Source of the DNA: Monocercomonoides exilis PA203
Taxonomy: Eukaryota > Protista > Preaxostyla
Reading direction: 5' to 3'
DNA length: 64,000 nucleotides
NCBI GenBank assembly: GCA_001643675.2
Contig: LSRY02000012.1
Location: 1,798,001 to 1,862,000 of the forward strand
The notes below the pieces were generated by a model. The model searched no databases and was not told the DNA's origin. It was given only the letters and a program-made list of their open reading frames with translations. Both the position numbers and the translations under genes were made by a program. Position 1 is the stretch's first letter. The number at the start of each line of letters is the position of its first letter. Positions 11,442 to 25,076 of the stretch are shown here, piece by piece.

Positions 11442-13341
11442 ATGTCGTCACAACTATCGCTAAAAGATAATGGACAAGCAATAGTAATTGATTTAGGGGC
11501 CTCTTTAACTAAAAGTGGATTTTCTGGAAAATTTGTTCCCTCAACTGTAACTCCATCATTGTTTGGAAAATTGATTGTAATCAATTTGAGAAGAACTTTG
11601 TTTTTGTTTTTTTGACTTAAAGAATTGGAAGATATAAGCAATCAGACCCCTTTGAAGAAAGCATTGGAACTGACACGTTGATAGCTGGCTCCGAAGCTCT
11701 TGAAAAGCAAGGACTTTTACGTCTTTCATATCCTTCAGAACATGGTAGCATTCCAGATTTTGAAAACTATGAATATCTATTAAGTACAATATTTTCCAAT
11801 GAACTGAGCGTTGATCCAGATGGGGTTTGCACATCTCTTATTTTTGAAATAAAAATTTCTCCAATTTTTTAAAGAGAAACGTGATGTTAGTTGAGCCAAC
11901 AATTTTTACAAAGCAAACGAAAATGAAATTGGTGCAATTCTTTTTTGAAAAATTGAATGTTAAAAATCTTTATTTTATAAACACAGCACTAGCTTCATTG
12001 TGTGACAAAGCTTTTTGTTTTTGTCCAACATGTTTATGAAATTCCATTTTCATTAAATAATACCCCAAATGACTTTGTGCATTTTATTGAATTCAACGAG
12101 ATATGCGTCTGGTACAGCTACAGGAATTGTTGTCGAAAGTGGTGAAGGATCTACCTCAGTTACACCAATTGTTGACAGTAGAGTCTTTCTCTCTGCTCAG
12201 CGCATCACAGAACTGGGAGGGATGTATGTGCAGCAAACGATTTTTGTGATTTTTGTCAATATTTTGAACTATGTCTATTTTGCGATTTAATAATTGTTTT
12301 TTATAAATGTGAATATTTTCTATCTGGCAAACAGAGATATAACGAACAGATTGAAACATCTTCTTCGATTAAAAGGACACGCTTTTCCTTCTTCTTCAGA
12401 TTGGCAAACTGTCAAATTGATTAAAGAAAAAGTTTGTTTTTATTTGAATTGCTGGCGAATACAATTAATTGTTTTGAAATTCCGTTTTTTGATAATTCTG
12501 ACAATATATATTTTTATTATTAATTACAGACTTGTTTCATTTCAGAACATTTAAATGAAGATCGAAAGAAAATTGGATCAAATGACTTTGAAACATTTTA
12601 TACGCTACCAGACCATAAAACAATATCAGTTTGCATTGAGCTAATTATTATATGTTGATGTTGAATTTGTTTGTATTTGCCTTTTCACATAAATAATTGC
12701 TGCATATAATAATTCGATTGAATGTTGATAAATCTTTTCTTTTTTTCGTGTGATTTTGTTCACAAAAGATCAACGAAGAACGATTTCTTTCACCAGAAAT
12801 TCTTTTTCATCCACTTCTCGTTGATTGTGAAGAGCCTGCTGTTGATAAGGTAATTCGTGCAAATTTTTACATATTCATTACAATTTATTCTTTTCTTTTC
12901 TTTGCTTCATTTTCTTCAATTTGTGGCAAAATTGAATCAACGATTTATTATTATCTTTTTTCTTTTTTAGCTATTTGTTGATTCGATTTCTGCAATGTCG
13001 TCGTCTCTTCGTGCAACTCTTGCTTCATCAATTTATCTTTCTGGAGGCTCAACACTTTTCAAAGGTTTCACTATTGCCTATTCTTTTGCCCAATCAAAAA
13101 TATTATCCCACTTTGTATAATATTTATTCTCATTTTCATAGGATTTCCTGAGCGGCTCATTTCTTCTATTCGAATACGCCTTCAACCAGAATTTCCGCTT
13201 AAAATAAAAGCGCCAAAAGATCGAATATTATCTCCTTGGATTGGTGCTGCTGTTCTTGCCAGTCAAGACATTGTTCAGCAGTTCTGGATTTCTCAAAAGA
13301 AATATGAAACAGAAGGAATGAGATTGTTTTTTGATATGTAG
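11442..13341 (+). CDS. Divergent actin-related protein, many short introns
   Basis: 'AIVIDLGASLTKSGFSG', 'LSYPSEHG', 'YASGTATGIVVESGEGSTSVTPI', 'YTLPD', 'ERFLSPEILFHP', 'IYLSGGSTLF', 'SPWIGAAVLAS...WISQKKY' occur in actin order, separated by AT-rich introns. Confidence 0.9.
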
Positions 13342-14127
13342 AAAAAGAGATGTGTTTGAAATAGTGAATTTGTTGGCTAAATATACTTTTTTTTGACATA
13401 TTTAACTCAAAATTTTCAATTTAATTTTAATAATTTGATGTTATTCATATTCTTATATTGGACATTGCAGATGAAGCAATAAAAATTTGTTGAACTTTCT
13501 TCAATTTTCAAAATCTTGATTGAAAAAAAAGTCGACATTGTTTTCGTTGTGATTATTCAAATTAATTGTGATATTTTTGGTTAAAACTCAATGCTTTATT
13601 CAGTTTTTATTTAAAATGGCATTTTTTATCTGCAGAATTAGCATAACCCTCTTTTTTCTTACATAAAGGTAAACAAAAGCCAAACATCATCGAAATAAAA
13701 TAAGAAACGATACAGCATGCTTCTTTTGTTTGTTTCTTCCAAGCAATAAAGTACTTTTAAAAGAATAATACCAAAAGGATAATTATAATGTTTAAACAAT
13801 ACTCGAAATAAATGAAAGGCGCTTTTCATCGAACAAAAAGCAAAAACAATTGATCAAATTTGTTAAGTTCAAAAATTTAAACATATGTTCGAATCGGTTG
13901 AACGTGCCAAATGAAATTTCCACAAAATATCAAGACCGGAAATAATCACATATGAAAACACATTCAAAATCAAATTATGTTTTCAAATAACGAAAACTCT
14001 CATCAAAAGTTATTATCAAGTTCCACAAAATTTCATCGTTATTAAGAATGTATTGCATATCTTCCATTCTGTAAGAGCAATTTTGATAAAGTCAATTATA
14101 AATTAGAAATGAACTTGAAAGAATGTT

Positions 14128-15781
14128 TCAGCTCTTTTTATCAAAAGATGGTTCATCAGATTCGAAATATGATTGGCGTATGTCTGTTTGATTCTGAGAG
14201 AAATCGATATTCTCTTGTGGCAAAATGGATGAAGATGAATCTGAGCTTGTACCAAAGCCCATGTGAAGCATCGAATGCGGTTGATTCAACACAGGAGAAG
14301 ATAAAGACTCAGACGCATCTGAAACATCAATTTGATTTTGAATTCTGCATAAACTTTCGTTTGATGTACTTATTTCACTTTCCATTGGCTGATCAGGGTT
14401 ATTCAGCTTGTAGAGAGACTCACATCTTATTGGCCAGCAACGCTTATATTTTTTGTAACCAGAATTTGTCACAAAAGTTGGTAAAAGACGACAAGCACGG
14501 CTGAGAAATACGCGTAACCCTTTTTTATTGTCATCTTCAAAAAATGTTCATTCAAATTATTCAAAAAACGAATAGAAAAATAATCAAAAAAAAATATTAA
14601 AAAAAATTAATTCCGTATAAGCAATGTCATAAAAAAGTCTCTTCTCATTTAGAAAATCTCCAATGATTTTTCTATTTCGATGCTTTGAAAATTCAATTTA
14701 TACTTGTTGTTACTTACTCACAATTGTTCATACTTTGAATTCCATAAATTCTGCCAACAGTTGATTGATCTGTCCACAGCAAATATGCATGAAAAAAACT
14801 GAAGGGAAGAAGAATTATGGAGACAATAGTGCAATACAAAACAACGCCAATAAGAAACATGTCTTGTTTCTAACAAAAAATAGTTAATAAGAAATATTTT
14901 TCAATCAGCAAAGTCAAAACTTTTGACTTTAATTATCAAGAAAATCAACAAATCAAACTGTAGCATTCTCCCATCCGACTTTTGTTATATCTATGATAAA
15001 TATTACAAATGCAGTTATTCCATACATTATTAGCGAAAATGCACAGCTCATCAAAAACCACATGAAAAGACCCTGGTTTCTTTCTCCAATACAATTATTA
15101 ACGACTGGGCAATGGTGATCGAACCCCATGACGCAATTTCCACATTCATAGCAATGTTTGCATCCTTTTGGTCGCATTATTCCACAAATCTTACAAACTT
15201 TATTCCCAACAACATCAATTTTTGTTTGAATATGTGCATCATCCGATGCAGTTCTATTCAAAGGGGAATTTTCAACCTGATCAATCATTTCGTTTTGATT
15301 GTTTTGCTCCTGAATCGAAGTGATTTCATTAAAAAGAGCAATAGGCTGTTCTTTCGGGAGAAGATAATGTCCTGGTGGTAATTGATGAGCCTTCGGAAGA
15401 ATGCCGGGATCAGTTGTTTCAAGAATAATTAAAATAACAAGGGTTAGTCCCATTCCAAGTATTCCTTCAACAATAGAAACTGTGAAATGCATTCGAGGAA
15501 TAAGAGCTGCAAGGGATCTAAGAAAGGTTGAAATAAATTATTAAAAAAATTAAATAATGAAGTGAACTTATTCTGCAAACAATCCTCCAATCGCCAAAAC
15601 CACAAGAATTATAAACGAGCCAGAGCAAATAGAAGGTCCATAAAAGCAATGTCCCTTATAGATAAGGAAGCAAATTATTTATTTCTAATTAAATTCAACA
15701 AAAATCTATACACCACACCCAGCAACACGTCCAGTTTTTGGAAATAATCGGTGGTTTTCGCGTTCTTTCGATTTCTTCCAT
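14128..15781 (-). CDS. DHHC-type palmitoyltransferase, multi-exon
   Basis: 'TTDPGILP' followed by the Cys-rich domain 'CKICGIMRPKGCKHCYECGNCVMGFDHHCPVVNNCIGERN' with flanking TM segments. Start and last exons inferred. Confidence 0.9.
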
Positions 15782-16414
15782 TTATAATTTTTATTACATA
15801 TTTTTGATCATTTTTTGAAAGATAGAAATACAACGAGGATTTTTCACAAATAGATTGAGTGATACTGCAAAACACAACAAATGTTAAGATGCAATGAAAC
15901 ATGATAAATAGGGTTTTGACATTTAGTTAGAATTTTGTCATCTTTTATCACTAGAAATGCGATGAATTGAATCAGATTGAAAACCTCTAAAACTTTGGAA
16001 TGATCCCAAATAAAAGGAAAGTTGAAAGGAATGAATAAATTGAACTGATTGGACAATTTTTGTGCAACTGAATTATGTTTTAGTATTTTAAGATTTAGTT
16101 TCAATTTTCTTGGGAAACAATTTCTATCAAATTCAAAATCATTCTCCTCGAATAAAAAAAAAAATCTCAATTAAAAAGCGAATCATTTTATTAAAAAAAA
16201 AAGTTTAGAAAATTATAAATCAAACTAATAATGGATATTGAAAGCAACACCTTTTGTGAAAGCAAAATTCAAAATGAAAAAGACAAGTTAACCCAAAAGA
16301 AACATTCAAACAAATTGATAAGCAAATAAATAAAATGAAAGGAAAACAAAAATTTCAAAGATATTGGTGAAGTGAAACTGTGCAATGTATTATGAATATG
16401 CCTTAAAATATTTA

Positions 16415-18203
16415 TTAAACCTTTGCAACTGGAACTGCCAAATAAAACACAAGAAATGGAACCAAAAACACAATGCCAAAAAATACGGCTCCGATTATCC
16501 GAGGGACGAGTTGATGCTTTTTGGGCAAGAATATCAGCCCCATTGCGATGCCGCAGAGGAGTCCTCCCAAATGCGCACCTTGATCAATCCCACCAATGGT
16601 AAATCCCATTATCAGCATTATGACAAAGAACATAATCATTGACATGACATATGAAACTCTATGAAATATTGAATAAGTTCAAAAAACACATTCATAGCAA
16701 CAATGGAAGAAATAATAAAGCAAATCACACTTTTGCATTGTTTGCAAAGTCTTCCAAATTAATATAATGTTTATGATGAAGAATCCGTATATTCCAAGCA
16801 ATGCACCAGAAGCACCAACAGATATTGTGTTTGGATATAAACAGCAGCTCATAATAGAGCCAGCAATAGCTGACACAACATATACACACCCCGTCTGAAA
16901 ACAACATTAACAGCCAAAAGAAGCGAAGCGTAAATGAAAAAAAAATTCATTCTTTTATGAATACACACCAAAATAGTACCCCAAGTGTTTTCTTTGTAGA
17001 ACATAATGCTAAATTGGAAGTACATGTTGAAGATGTAATGAAGCAAGCCTCCATGTAGAAACATTGGCAATATTAGACGATGAAACTAACCAAGACAAGA
17101 AAAATAAGACAAAAAAATACATAATGATTAAACAACAAAAAAGCAACATTTAATTTTTTATTTAAATTGACAACAGAAAAAACAATATTTATAACATTTC
17201 TCAACTTGAACAAATCATCGTGCAAAGGAAAGGTTAAATAAAAATGATAATGATATTTATTTGCATGTTAAAAAAAAGTATTATTACTCGCTTCATTTGC
17301 TGCATACATGATATTTATAACGAATATATGGAGCATATTTTGCTCCTAATTGCATTAGTGCGTATGTAGATGGGCTAAGTCCGCTACCCAAAGGACCACC
17401 AAGTGCATAAGAAACGATAAACATAACCAACTTAAAGCAGCAAAACAAATGCAAACAAACACAAAAAAGTTGTGTAAAATTTGTAAATATTGTATTTGTT
17501 AAAAACTCTCAATCTATCAAACTTGAACAATTGATATCCAAAAAGTAAACATCTTCAAAACGTTACACCAATCTTTTTTTCTTGTTTCAGAACAGCATGG
17601 TCCGACAAAGCAACCACATCCGCAACTTACCAAAAGTACCTAAAAAATTATAAAATTATTTATACATAAAAACAATGAAAAATGAAATCAAAGAATACAT
17701 CGCAAGTTCCTGGAATATGATCAGGAGGAAGGTTATCGCTCCATACGGAGTCAGATAGCGATATCATTGGTTGAGTTTGCTTTAAATAATATTTGAAAAA
17801 CACTTTGAAAAACAAAAAAATTAAAAAATATAATACCGCATATGCCATTGTACTTGGGTCATAATCACTTGAAGATGCCGGTATTGTATGAATCCCACCT
17901 CTTTCTGCTCGAGAAGAATCAGATTCATGGGAGGAACCTGAAGAAGTGGACGAATTTTTCCTGTTTATTTAATTGTTCGACGAGAAAAAAATTACAAAAA
18001 GAAATGCAAAACCATGGATTTTCTGCAGTTTTTCCACTGATGGATCGACCAGCTCCCCACTTTGAATTCTGTGACGAGCGGGATGAAGAAGAGCTTCCAG
18101 AAGATGACTGCTGACGGGCTGGAGAGCCCCAGGGAGAAGGGATAGCAGCTCCTCCTATTCCTTTATCTTCATTTCCTGCTCCGATTGTGTGAATATTAGA
18201 CAT
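16415..18203 (-). CDS. Rhomboid intramembrane serine protease, multi-exon
   Basis: 'PMFLHGGLLHYIFNM', catalytic Ser 'VGASGA', catalytic His 'AHLGG'; several TM exons. Confidence 0.92.
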
Positions 18204-18617
18204 ATTATTTGCCTTTTGGTAGAATTTTTACGAATTGGATGATATTTTGATGTGAGTGATTAAGGGTTATCAAAAAAATCAATGATTAAATCTTTTGAAT
18301 CCTTTTAATGAAATTGCTTCATTAATTATTTTCTTAAAAAAAATCATCTGTGCCTTTATGAAACTGAACTATTTTGAATTCACATGATTTGAACAATAAT
18401 TTTCTGAAAAAATAAAAAACATGAAGAAAATAAATTGAATGTCCTGCCAAACAAATAAAAATTTCAAATGTTTATTTCTTTACAACTTCTTGAAAGATGA
18501 AGTGAGTTAAAGTTAAACAGCATGCCAAAAAGAGGCATGCATGGATAATCGATTAATAGAATACTATTAATAAGAAAAATGAATTATCAACACAACTATT
18601 GAAACAAAATCAATGTT

Positions 18618-21600
18618 CTAATCAGATTCCTTTCTTTTCATCGCAGTTGGGCTCACACTTTTCCTGCAGTTGCCAAATGAGCGGTGCTTTGCAGGAAGAG
18701 ACGGAACCATCTGGAAGATCTGCGAAGGAAGCATCAATTTGACAGAGATTTGCGAAGATGACTTGTGTTTATGAGAAGAGTAGAAGCTTGTCAGCGGAAA
18801 AGAGGAGAAAGAGGACGAATGTGAATGAAGACGATGGGAATGCCTTTTGGAGCGGGTGTGTCTTTTGGGCGAAGACAAGTCTGATGAAAGCGAAGAGTCA
18901 TCAGGACAGCCATTCAACTGAAGTGCAGCTGCATATTTCTGGTCAGAAGAGCTGTTGAAAGAGGGCAGAGGGAGAGAGGGAGGGGCAGGCGAAAGAGAAT
19001 GCGAAGGGGATTTCTTCATCTGAAGGGCATTGGCAGCAAATTGCGGGGCGGTGGGGTGAGGGCCAGGATGAGGTACAAGAGAGGGGGAGGCAGATTTCGA
19101 GTGATGTTCAGCCGGAAGAGCACTTTGTGGAGAGAGCTGGGGGCATCCAGAAGAAGAAATGGAAGAAGAAGAATTAGAATGGAGAGAAAGAAGGCTGCTT
19201 TTGATGTCTGCTGGCAGAAGGGATGACGTGTGCTGGTCTCGAAATGAGGAATATTCAGTCAGATCAGATTTCAGCGAGTTCAGAAGAAGAAGCTGTTTGT
19301 CTTCCGAATGCGCAGAGAGAGAGCGGTTGGCAGTCAGAAATGACTGAGCAGAGGGAGGAAGTGAGTCAAATGAGGGAACAGCGAAGGAAGAGAGGGCAGA
19401 GTCAAAACGAGACAAAAACGACTCTTTTGGCAAGATGAGGCACAATTGCTGCTTCCATCGAAGAAGATACAACAAATTGTGTGTTCTTTGGATAAGCATG
19501 CTCCTTCTGTCTGCATCAGGCAACACAAAAGGAGAAGAAGAGGATTCGCCAATTGAATGTTTTGATGATGATGATGATGATGTTGTTGTTGTTGTTGTTG
19601 TTGTAGTAGTAGTAGTAGTTGTTGTTGTTGAAGTTTGCTGCTTTTCAGCTGTTTCGAGTGTTTCTCCAGCTGATCGTGCCATCTCGTCCAAAGAGTCCAA
19701 ACATTGACTGATCATCGAAAGAGAGGCAAAACTGCTTTTCACTTTGGAAAGAGCAAGAAGACGGCGTGTTGAGTGCTGTGAAGACAAAGACGATGTCGAT
19801 GAAGATGAAGAGAGAGAAGGAGAGGCTGATGAATTAGACGATGATGAAGCAGATGAAGTTGAAGCAGCAGATCCAATAGAATGAGATGTGGTTGGTGTTG
19901 TTGGTGCGCTTGAGGAAGGAACAGAGCTAAGTGACGAAGCAGAACCAACAGAAGACAAAGAAGAGGAGGAAGAGGAGGAGGAAGAGGAGGAAGAAGAAGA
20001 AGAATACAAAGACAGATATGAAGACAGCTCTTCTGACAGTCTGTTAACAGAATGCAGCTGCTGAAGGCAGGGCGAGTAAGAGATGAAGAGTGAAGTCAGA
20101 TCTGATGCTGTGAGGAGAAGAGGAAGGAAAGAAGAAGGAGATGGCTGCTCTGCTGTTGCAGATGCTGTTTGTGTTGAGTGCTCCAAAGAAGAATTCAAGT
20201 GCTCATTCAACTTGGCTGACAGAACAGGCCGAATTGACCAGCTGAACGGATCAAAGAAGAAATATGAATGGGAACGGAGAAGATTCCGAAGAGAAGGAGA
20301 AAGCTCTTCTTCTTCATCCAACACATCTTCCTCATTTTGTTCGTCTGTTTTGCTTTCGTCTTCTTTTTCTGTCGAAACATTAGCATTTTCTTTGCTCTTT
20401 GCAAGTTGTTTTGTTGTTTGTTTTTGCTGCTTTTTGGATGAGGCATTTGAAGCATCTGTTGAATCGCTTTGTTTAACCTCAGAAGAAGAAAGAGAAAGAG
20501 ATTGATTTTCAGAAGCAGAAAGAGCAGAAGATGTCTCATCGAGTGAGACAAAGCGATGCAATGAGGAGTCGATTGATGCCGATGGAATGACAAACAAGCC
20601 AAGTGGCCAGTTCTGACAGGAAGAAGAGTGCGATGTCAGCGAAGAAAGAGAAGAGGAAGACTCAACAGACACCATCTGCCCTTCTGTCTGAGTGGGAGCG
20701 CCTTCATTCGAGTTATCTGAAGATGCATTTTCTGAACTGCCAAAAAGCTCTTCGCAGACAAACTGAGCCATCGCTGCTTCGTCGATGTGGATGAAGGCAT
20801 CAGCCAATTTGGTTGTGACGCTGTCTGCCTCTCTTTTCATCTCGTTCAGCTCTTTCTCTCTCTTCTTGTCCCTCCTCTTCTTCATCAGCTTCTCTTTCTC
20901 CTCTTTCGCCTTCGTCCTTTTCACCTGCCTTCGCGTCAGCTCGCCTTTCATTTCTTTGTCGTTCAAGTTCTGCTTCTTCTCTTCTTCTCTTCTCGTTCTC
21001 ACTTCCGAAATCAGCTTCGCTTCTGCCTCTTTCAGCGCCTTCAGCTTCGCCAGCTGCATTTTCATGTGTTTAATCCACTCTCTCTGTTGAAATGCCCCAT
21101 TCACCACAAATTGTGGCAGCGCTGCCTTTTCATCTGCCTCAAAATGGCTGCTTTCTTCGCTGCTTGTCGCATTGGCATTGGAATCTACACTTGATGTCTC
21201 TGAATCCTTCTTCCTCTTCTTCTTCTCGTTTTCACTTGAGATTTCTTTCTCTTTCTCTTTCTCCTTTTCCTTTTCCTTGTTCTTCCCCTTCCTCTTTTCT
21301 TCTTTTCCACTTTTTTCTTTCGCATCCTTCTGATTTTGCTGATTTTTGCTTGTTTTTGTTGGCGTCTTTTCTTCTTCTTTGCTTTTTTCTTTTGTTGAAA
21401 TGCTTTCTTCTTCTGTACGATGCCCATCGCTGTCAAAGAAGAATGACAAAGAATTAATCAGATTTGGTGTCAGAAGCATCAAAAGCTCCATTTCTTTCTC
21501 TTTCCTCTCCACAGCACCCTTCTCTTCCACTCTGTTGCTGCTCCACCCAACACATTCACTCGGCTGGCCAATCGAATCTTCAAAGGAAGACGCTTTGCTT

Positions 21601-21873
21601 TCTCTGTCATCTTCGCTTGTTGAGCTGCTTCTGCTCTTTTCTTTCTCTTTCTCTTGATTGCTTTCTTCTTCTTTTGCTGTTGCTTTTCCCTTTCCTTTTT
21701 TCCCGCCTTTTCCATTTTTTGTTGTTGTTTCTGTTTTGTCTGCATTTTTATTCTTCGCATTGGAACTCTCGTTTTCTTTCGTTTTAGCTTTCTCTTTCAT
21801 ATCAGTTGAATTGATGTCACTCAAATTTTGATCCAAAAGCCTAAAAGAAGAAGAAGAAGAAGAAGAAGAAGAA

Positions 21874-21912
<39 letters not shown>

Positions 21913-24108
21913 GTTGTTGTTGTTGTTGAATTATGATGTGCATTCAGAGATGAGAAAAAGAGAGAAAGCGGAAGAAAAATCCACCCGCGTGAAAGAAGAG
22001 AAAACAGCGCCAGCAAAACAAGACATGTTGGTTCATTTAAACAAGGCTCAGAAAAAGATGAATGCAAAAAAGACAGAAAAGACAATGAGGAAGAAGTGAA
22101 ATGGGAAGCAGAAGAAGAAGAAGAGATTGATGAATTGGGTGAATACAAATAGAAGAGCGAAAGAAGCGTGGAAGAAGAAAGAGTTGAGCCAATCTGACAA
22201 AAAGGCGAAGGCAGCTGATCATCACTTTGTGGCAGGAGAGAAGAAGAAGAAGAAGAAGAAGAAGAAATGGAAGAAGAAGAATTTGAAGAAGTTGATTGAA
22301 CACCCGGTGATGGTGCAGAAGCAGCAGACAGAAGAGGAGTTGAGTTAAACGCATAGAAATACAGTTTGACGATGCAGCTGAAAGACGAAGTTCCGCTTAT
22401 CACATCAGAAAGAGGAGAGAGGTTCAGAAGATTCGATGTGAAAGATGAATGAGATGGCAGCAGCTGATATGAAGAGCTGTGTGTTGCATGCTGATTCGAT
22501 AGATCATTCACAGAAGAAGAAGAAGAAGAAGATAAAGAAGATAAAGAAGAAGAAGTGTATTTTGAAGGATAAGATGGATCTGGAAGAGAAGGCTGAATTG
22601 AATGCAATGGAGAAGAGATGAACAAGTGGCAGAGGGAAGACAAGACTGCTATGGGCGAATAAGCTGTCTGCAGGCAGGGTGCGTGCAGATGTGCGAGTGT
22701 CTGCTTCAGAAGGTGCAATGAGAAGGCGAGTGGGCTGCACCATTTGGGTGTGACGTGGAACTGAAGTGGAAGCAAAAAGAGGGAATTGGCTCTTCCTTCC
22801 AAAGGCGGCTGTCTGCTGTCTGAAGCGAGATCGCTGTTGTGCCTCGCTTCGAAGTCTAAGAACAGCCGAGAAATCGGGTAGAATGCCAACGGACGTGGCA
22901 AAACCAAGCACAGACGCAAAAAAGGCGAAAGAGGGATGATTTTATCTGTCGCCAATCCTTCGCAGTCAAAACACCATTCAGAAAAGGAAATATGAGAAAT
23001 TGGCTGAACACTTGATTTTTCGACTGCTGATTCGAAAGAGGGACTAAAAGTCTCATTTTTGATGGCGGGCTTTTGAAGTTCTTCAATTAGAAGATTGCTT
23101 TTGCTTTTGCTTCTGCTTTTGCTGCTGTCTTCTTCGAAGGCTTCTTCATCGGAATATCCACTCGCACCGTGCGCATTCTCCTGATATTTTGTACCTTTTT
23201 CGTCAACGCCATCTTTTGATTTAGCCTTCTGTTTGTGATTTTCTTTCGGTTTTTCTTTGTCGTTTCGATTGTCTCTGTTTTGAAATGATGGCCTTTTCTC
23301 TTCTTCCTTTTGCTTTCCTTTGCTTTTCCCTTTTGTATGTATTTTTTCAATGTCAATTGCATTCTCTTCCTCTCTTCCTCTGATGTGCTCTTTTTCAATT
23401 ATCCTTTCTTTAATAGGTGGTTGTGGCAAAAGCGGCGTTGGAAAAGGAAGTGATATTTGTTGACGTATTGGAGATGATGTGATTGGCAAATCAGGATAAA
23501 TGCCATCTGGCTTTTTATCGGCAATTGGAATTAATGGACCAAAATGCGCAGCAGATATTGGCAAAAGAGGAGATGTCGGAACAGTTCCAGGTTTCAAAGC
23601 AAGAAGTGCACCCCCATTTGTTAAGGACGGAGTAATATGTCTGGTTGGTGTTGATTCTAAAGGGAAAGGTTGTTGAAGAAGAGGAGAAAGCGCAGACATC
23701 GAAGAAAATGGATTTTTAATTGGTGTTGTCTGCGTAGAATTTTTTATAAATCTCGAAGATGTTCCAGATGAAGTTCCAATTTTTATATTTTGCATAGCTG
23801 AAAAAAGAAAAAAGTATAAATTAGAAATGTTCAAAATTCCATTTTGCACACACAAAAGAAATAACATACAAGAATTTAATTTCTTAGGAACCGATGAAGG
23901 ATGCATTTTCGAAATTTTTTGTTTCTTTCGAAGCATATATAAAAACAATAAAATACACCATTAAAATAATACAATAAAAAATAATAAATGCATTAATGCG
24001 CATTGGAGAAAATTAATGTATGTAATTATAAAATTTAAATTATCCAATACAAACAGAAGAAGTATCAGCAGTATCAATTATCCCTTGATGTTTTCCAAAT
24101 GAACTCAT
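18618..24108 (-). CDS. Large low-complexity Ser/Lys/Glu-rich hypothetical protein
   Basis: 1776-aa uninterrupted ORF with poly-Ser/Thr tracts and a charged coiled-coil. The true start is probably a small upstream exon (ATG 24108) spliced to an acceptor near 23798. No recognisable domain. Confidence 0.7.
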
Positions 24109-24419
24109 TTCCACAAAATGACAAGCTATACTGTATTGTATTTAGGACAATTTGCTTTGAAAGAAATTATCGCTCTATATTCGTCGAAAAACGAGGAAAT
24201 AATTTGATCTATCCCTTTTAATTATATATTTATTCCAACCAAGTAATAAAAAACGAGAATGAAAATACTCAACGCATTCAATTTTAATTAATCATAATAC
24301 TGAAACAAAGAATATATATGAATATGACTTGAATTAATGATATGAAAGAGTGACAGCAGAAACATTTTAACAAATTGCCAAAGATAGGTCAAAAAAGAAT
24401 TTATTGTGAGTGAAAATAT

Positions 24420-25076
24420 CTACAAAATAGGTCCCTCTCTTCCAGATTCCGCAAGCTGAACAATTAAATAATATTTAAACAGAAATTTTTAATTGGTGAA
24501 AATAAAAAAAACAAACTCGAGCAATCCATGGAATAGACAAGAGCATTCTTCCACCTGGTAGTACACCTGTTAAAAACGAAACGACTTTAGGTAGATAATT
24601 TTTAAACAACGGAAATGCTCCACCAGATTGGAAAATTACGCCAAGAAATGGATATCTTAGAAAAACAAGAATAAGTCCAATAACAAATGATATTGTTCCG
24701 ACTATTTTATTTTCACTTTTACCAATAAAAAGTTGTATTGCATCTTTTGGTCCTTGATAGACAATTAGTCCAATTAGAAACATGATCTAAGCGGAGAAAT
24801 ATTTAGTTATCAAATAAATGTGCACAGATTGTATAAAACAAATATAAATATAAATATTTTTATGTTAACTATTTTTAATTTGCAAACGTCTCCGATAGCA
24901 ATAAATCCAGAATCAAATAACGTTAGAATACCAAGAATGAAAAAAAAGACTCCTTTAATGCAAAAGAACAAAGCAAATTACTCTCTTTAAAAGTGGTATA
25001 AATAGAAGTGTTCTAAACCAAATCCTATAAATCCAGCTCCTATGATAATTCTGTCTCGACTTTTTTCTTCCGACAT
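24420..25076 (-). CDS. GOT1: Got1/Sft2-family vesicle transport membrane protein, multi-exon
   Basis: 'IIIGAGFIGFG', 'FFFILGILTLFDSGFIAIGD', 'MFLIGLIVYQGP...', 'FVIGLILVFLRYPFLGVIFQSGGAFPLFKNYLP' match the Got1 four-TM pattern. Confidence 0.8.

Noticed and set aside
18758-23398. Many overlapping alternative-frame ORFs in the low-complexity gene (also antisense ORFs over HECT and DPP III)
   Set aside because: Shadows of trinucleotide tracts and codon bias; no independent motifs.
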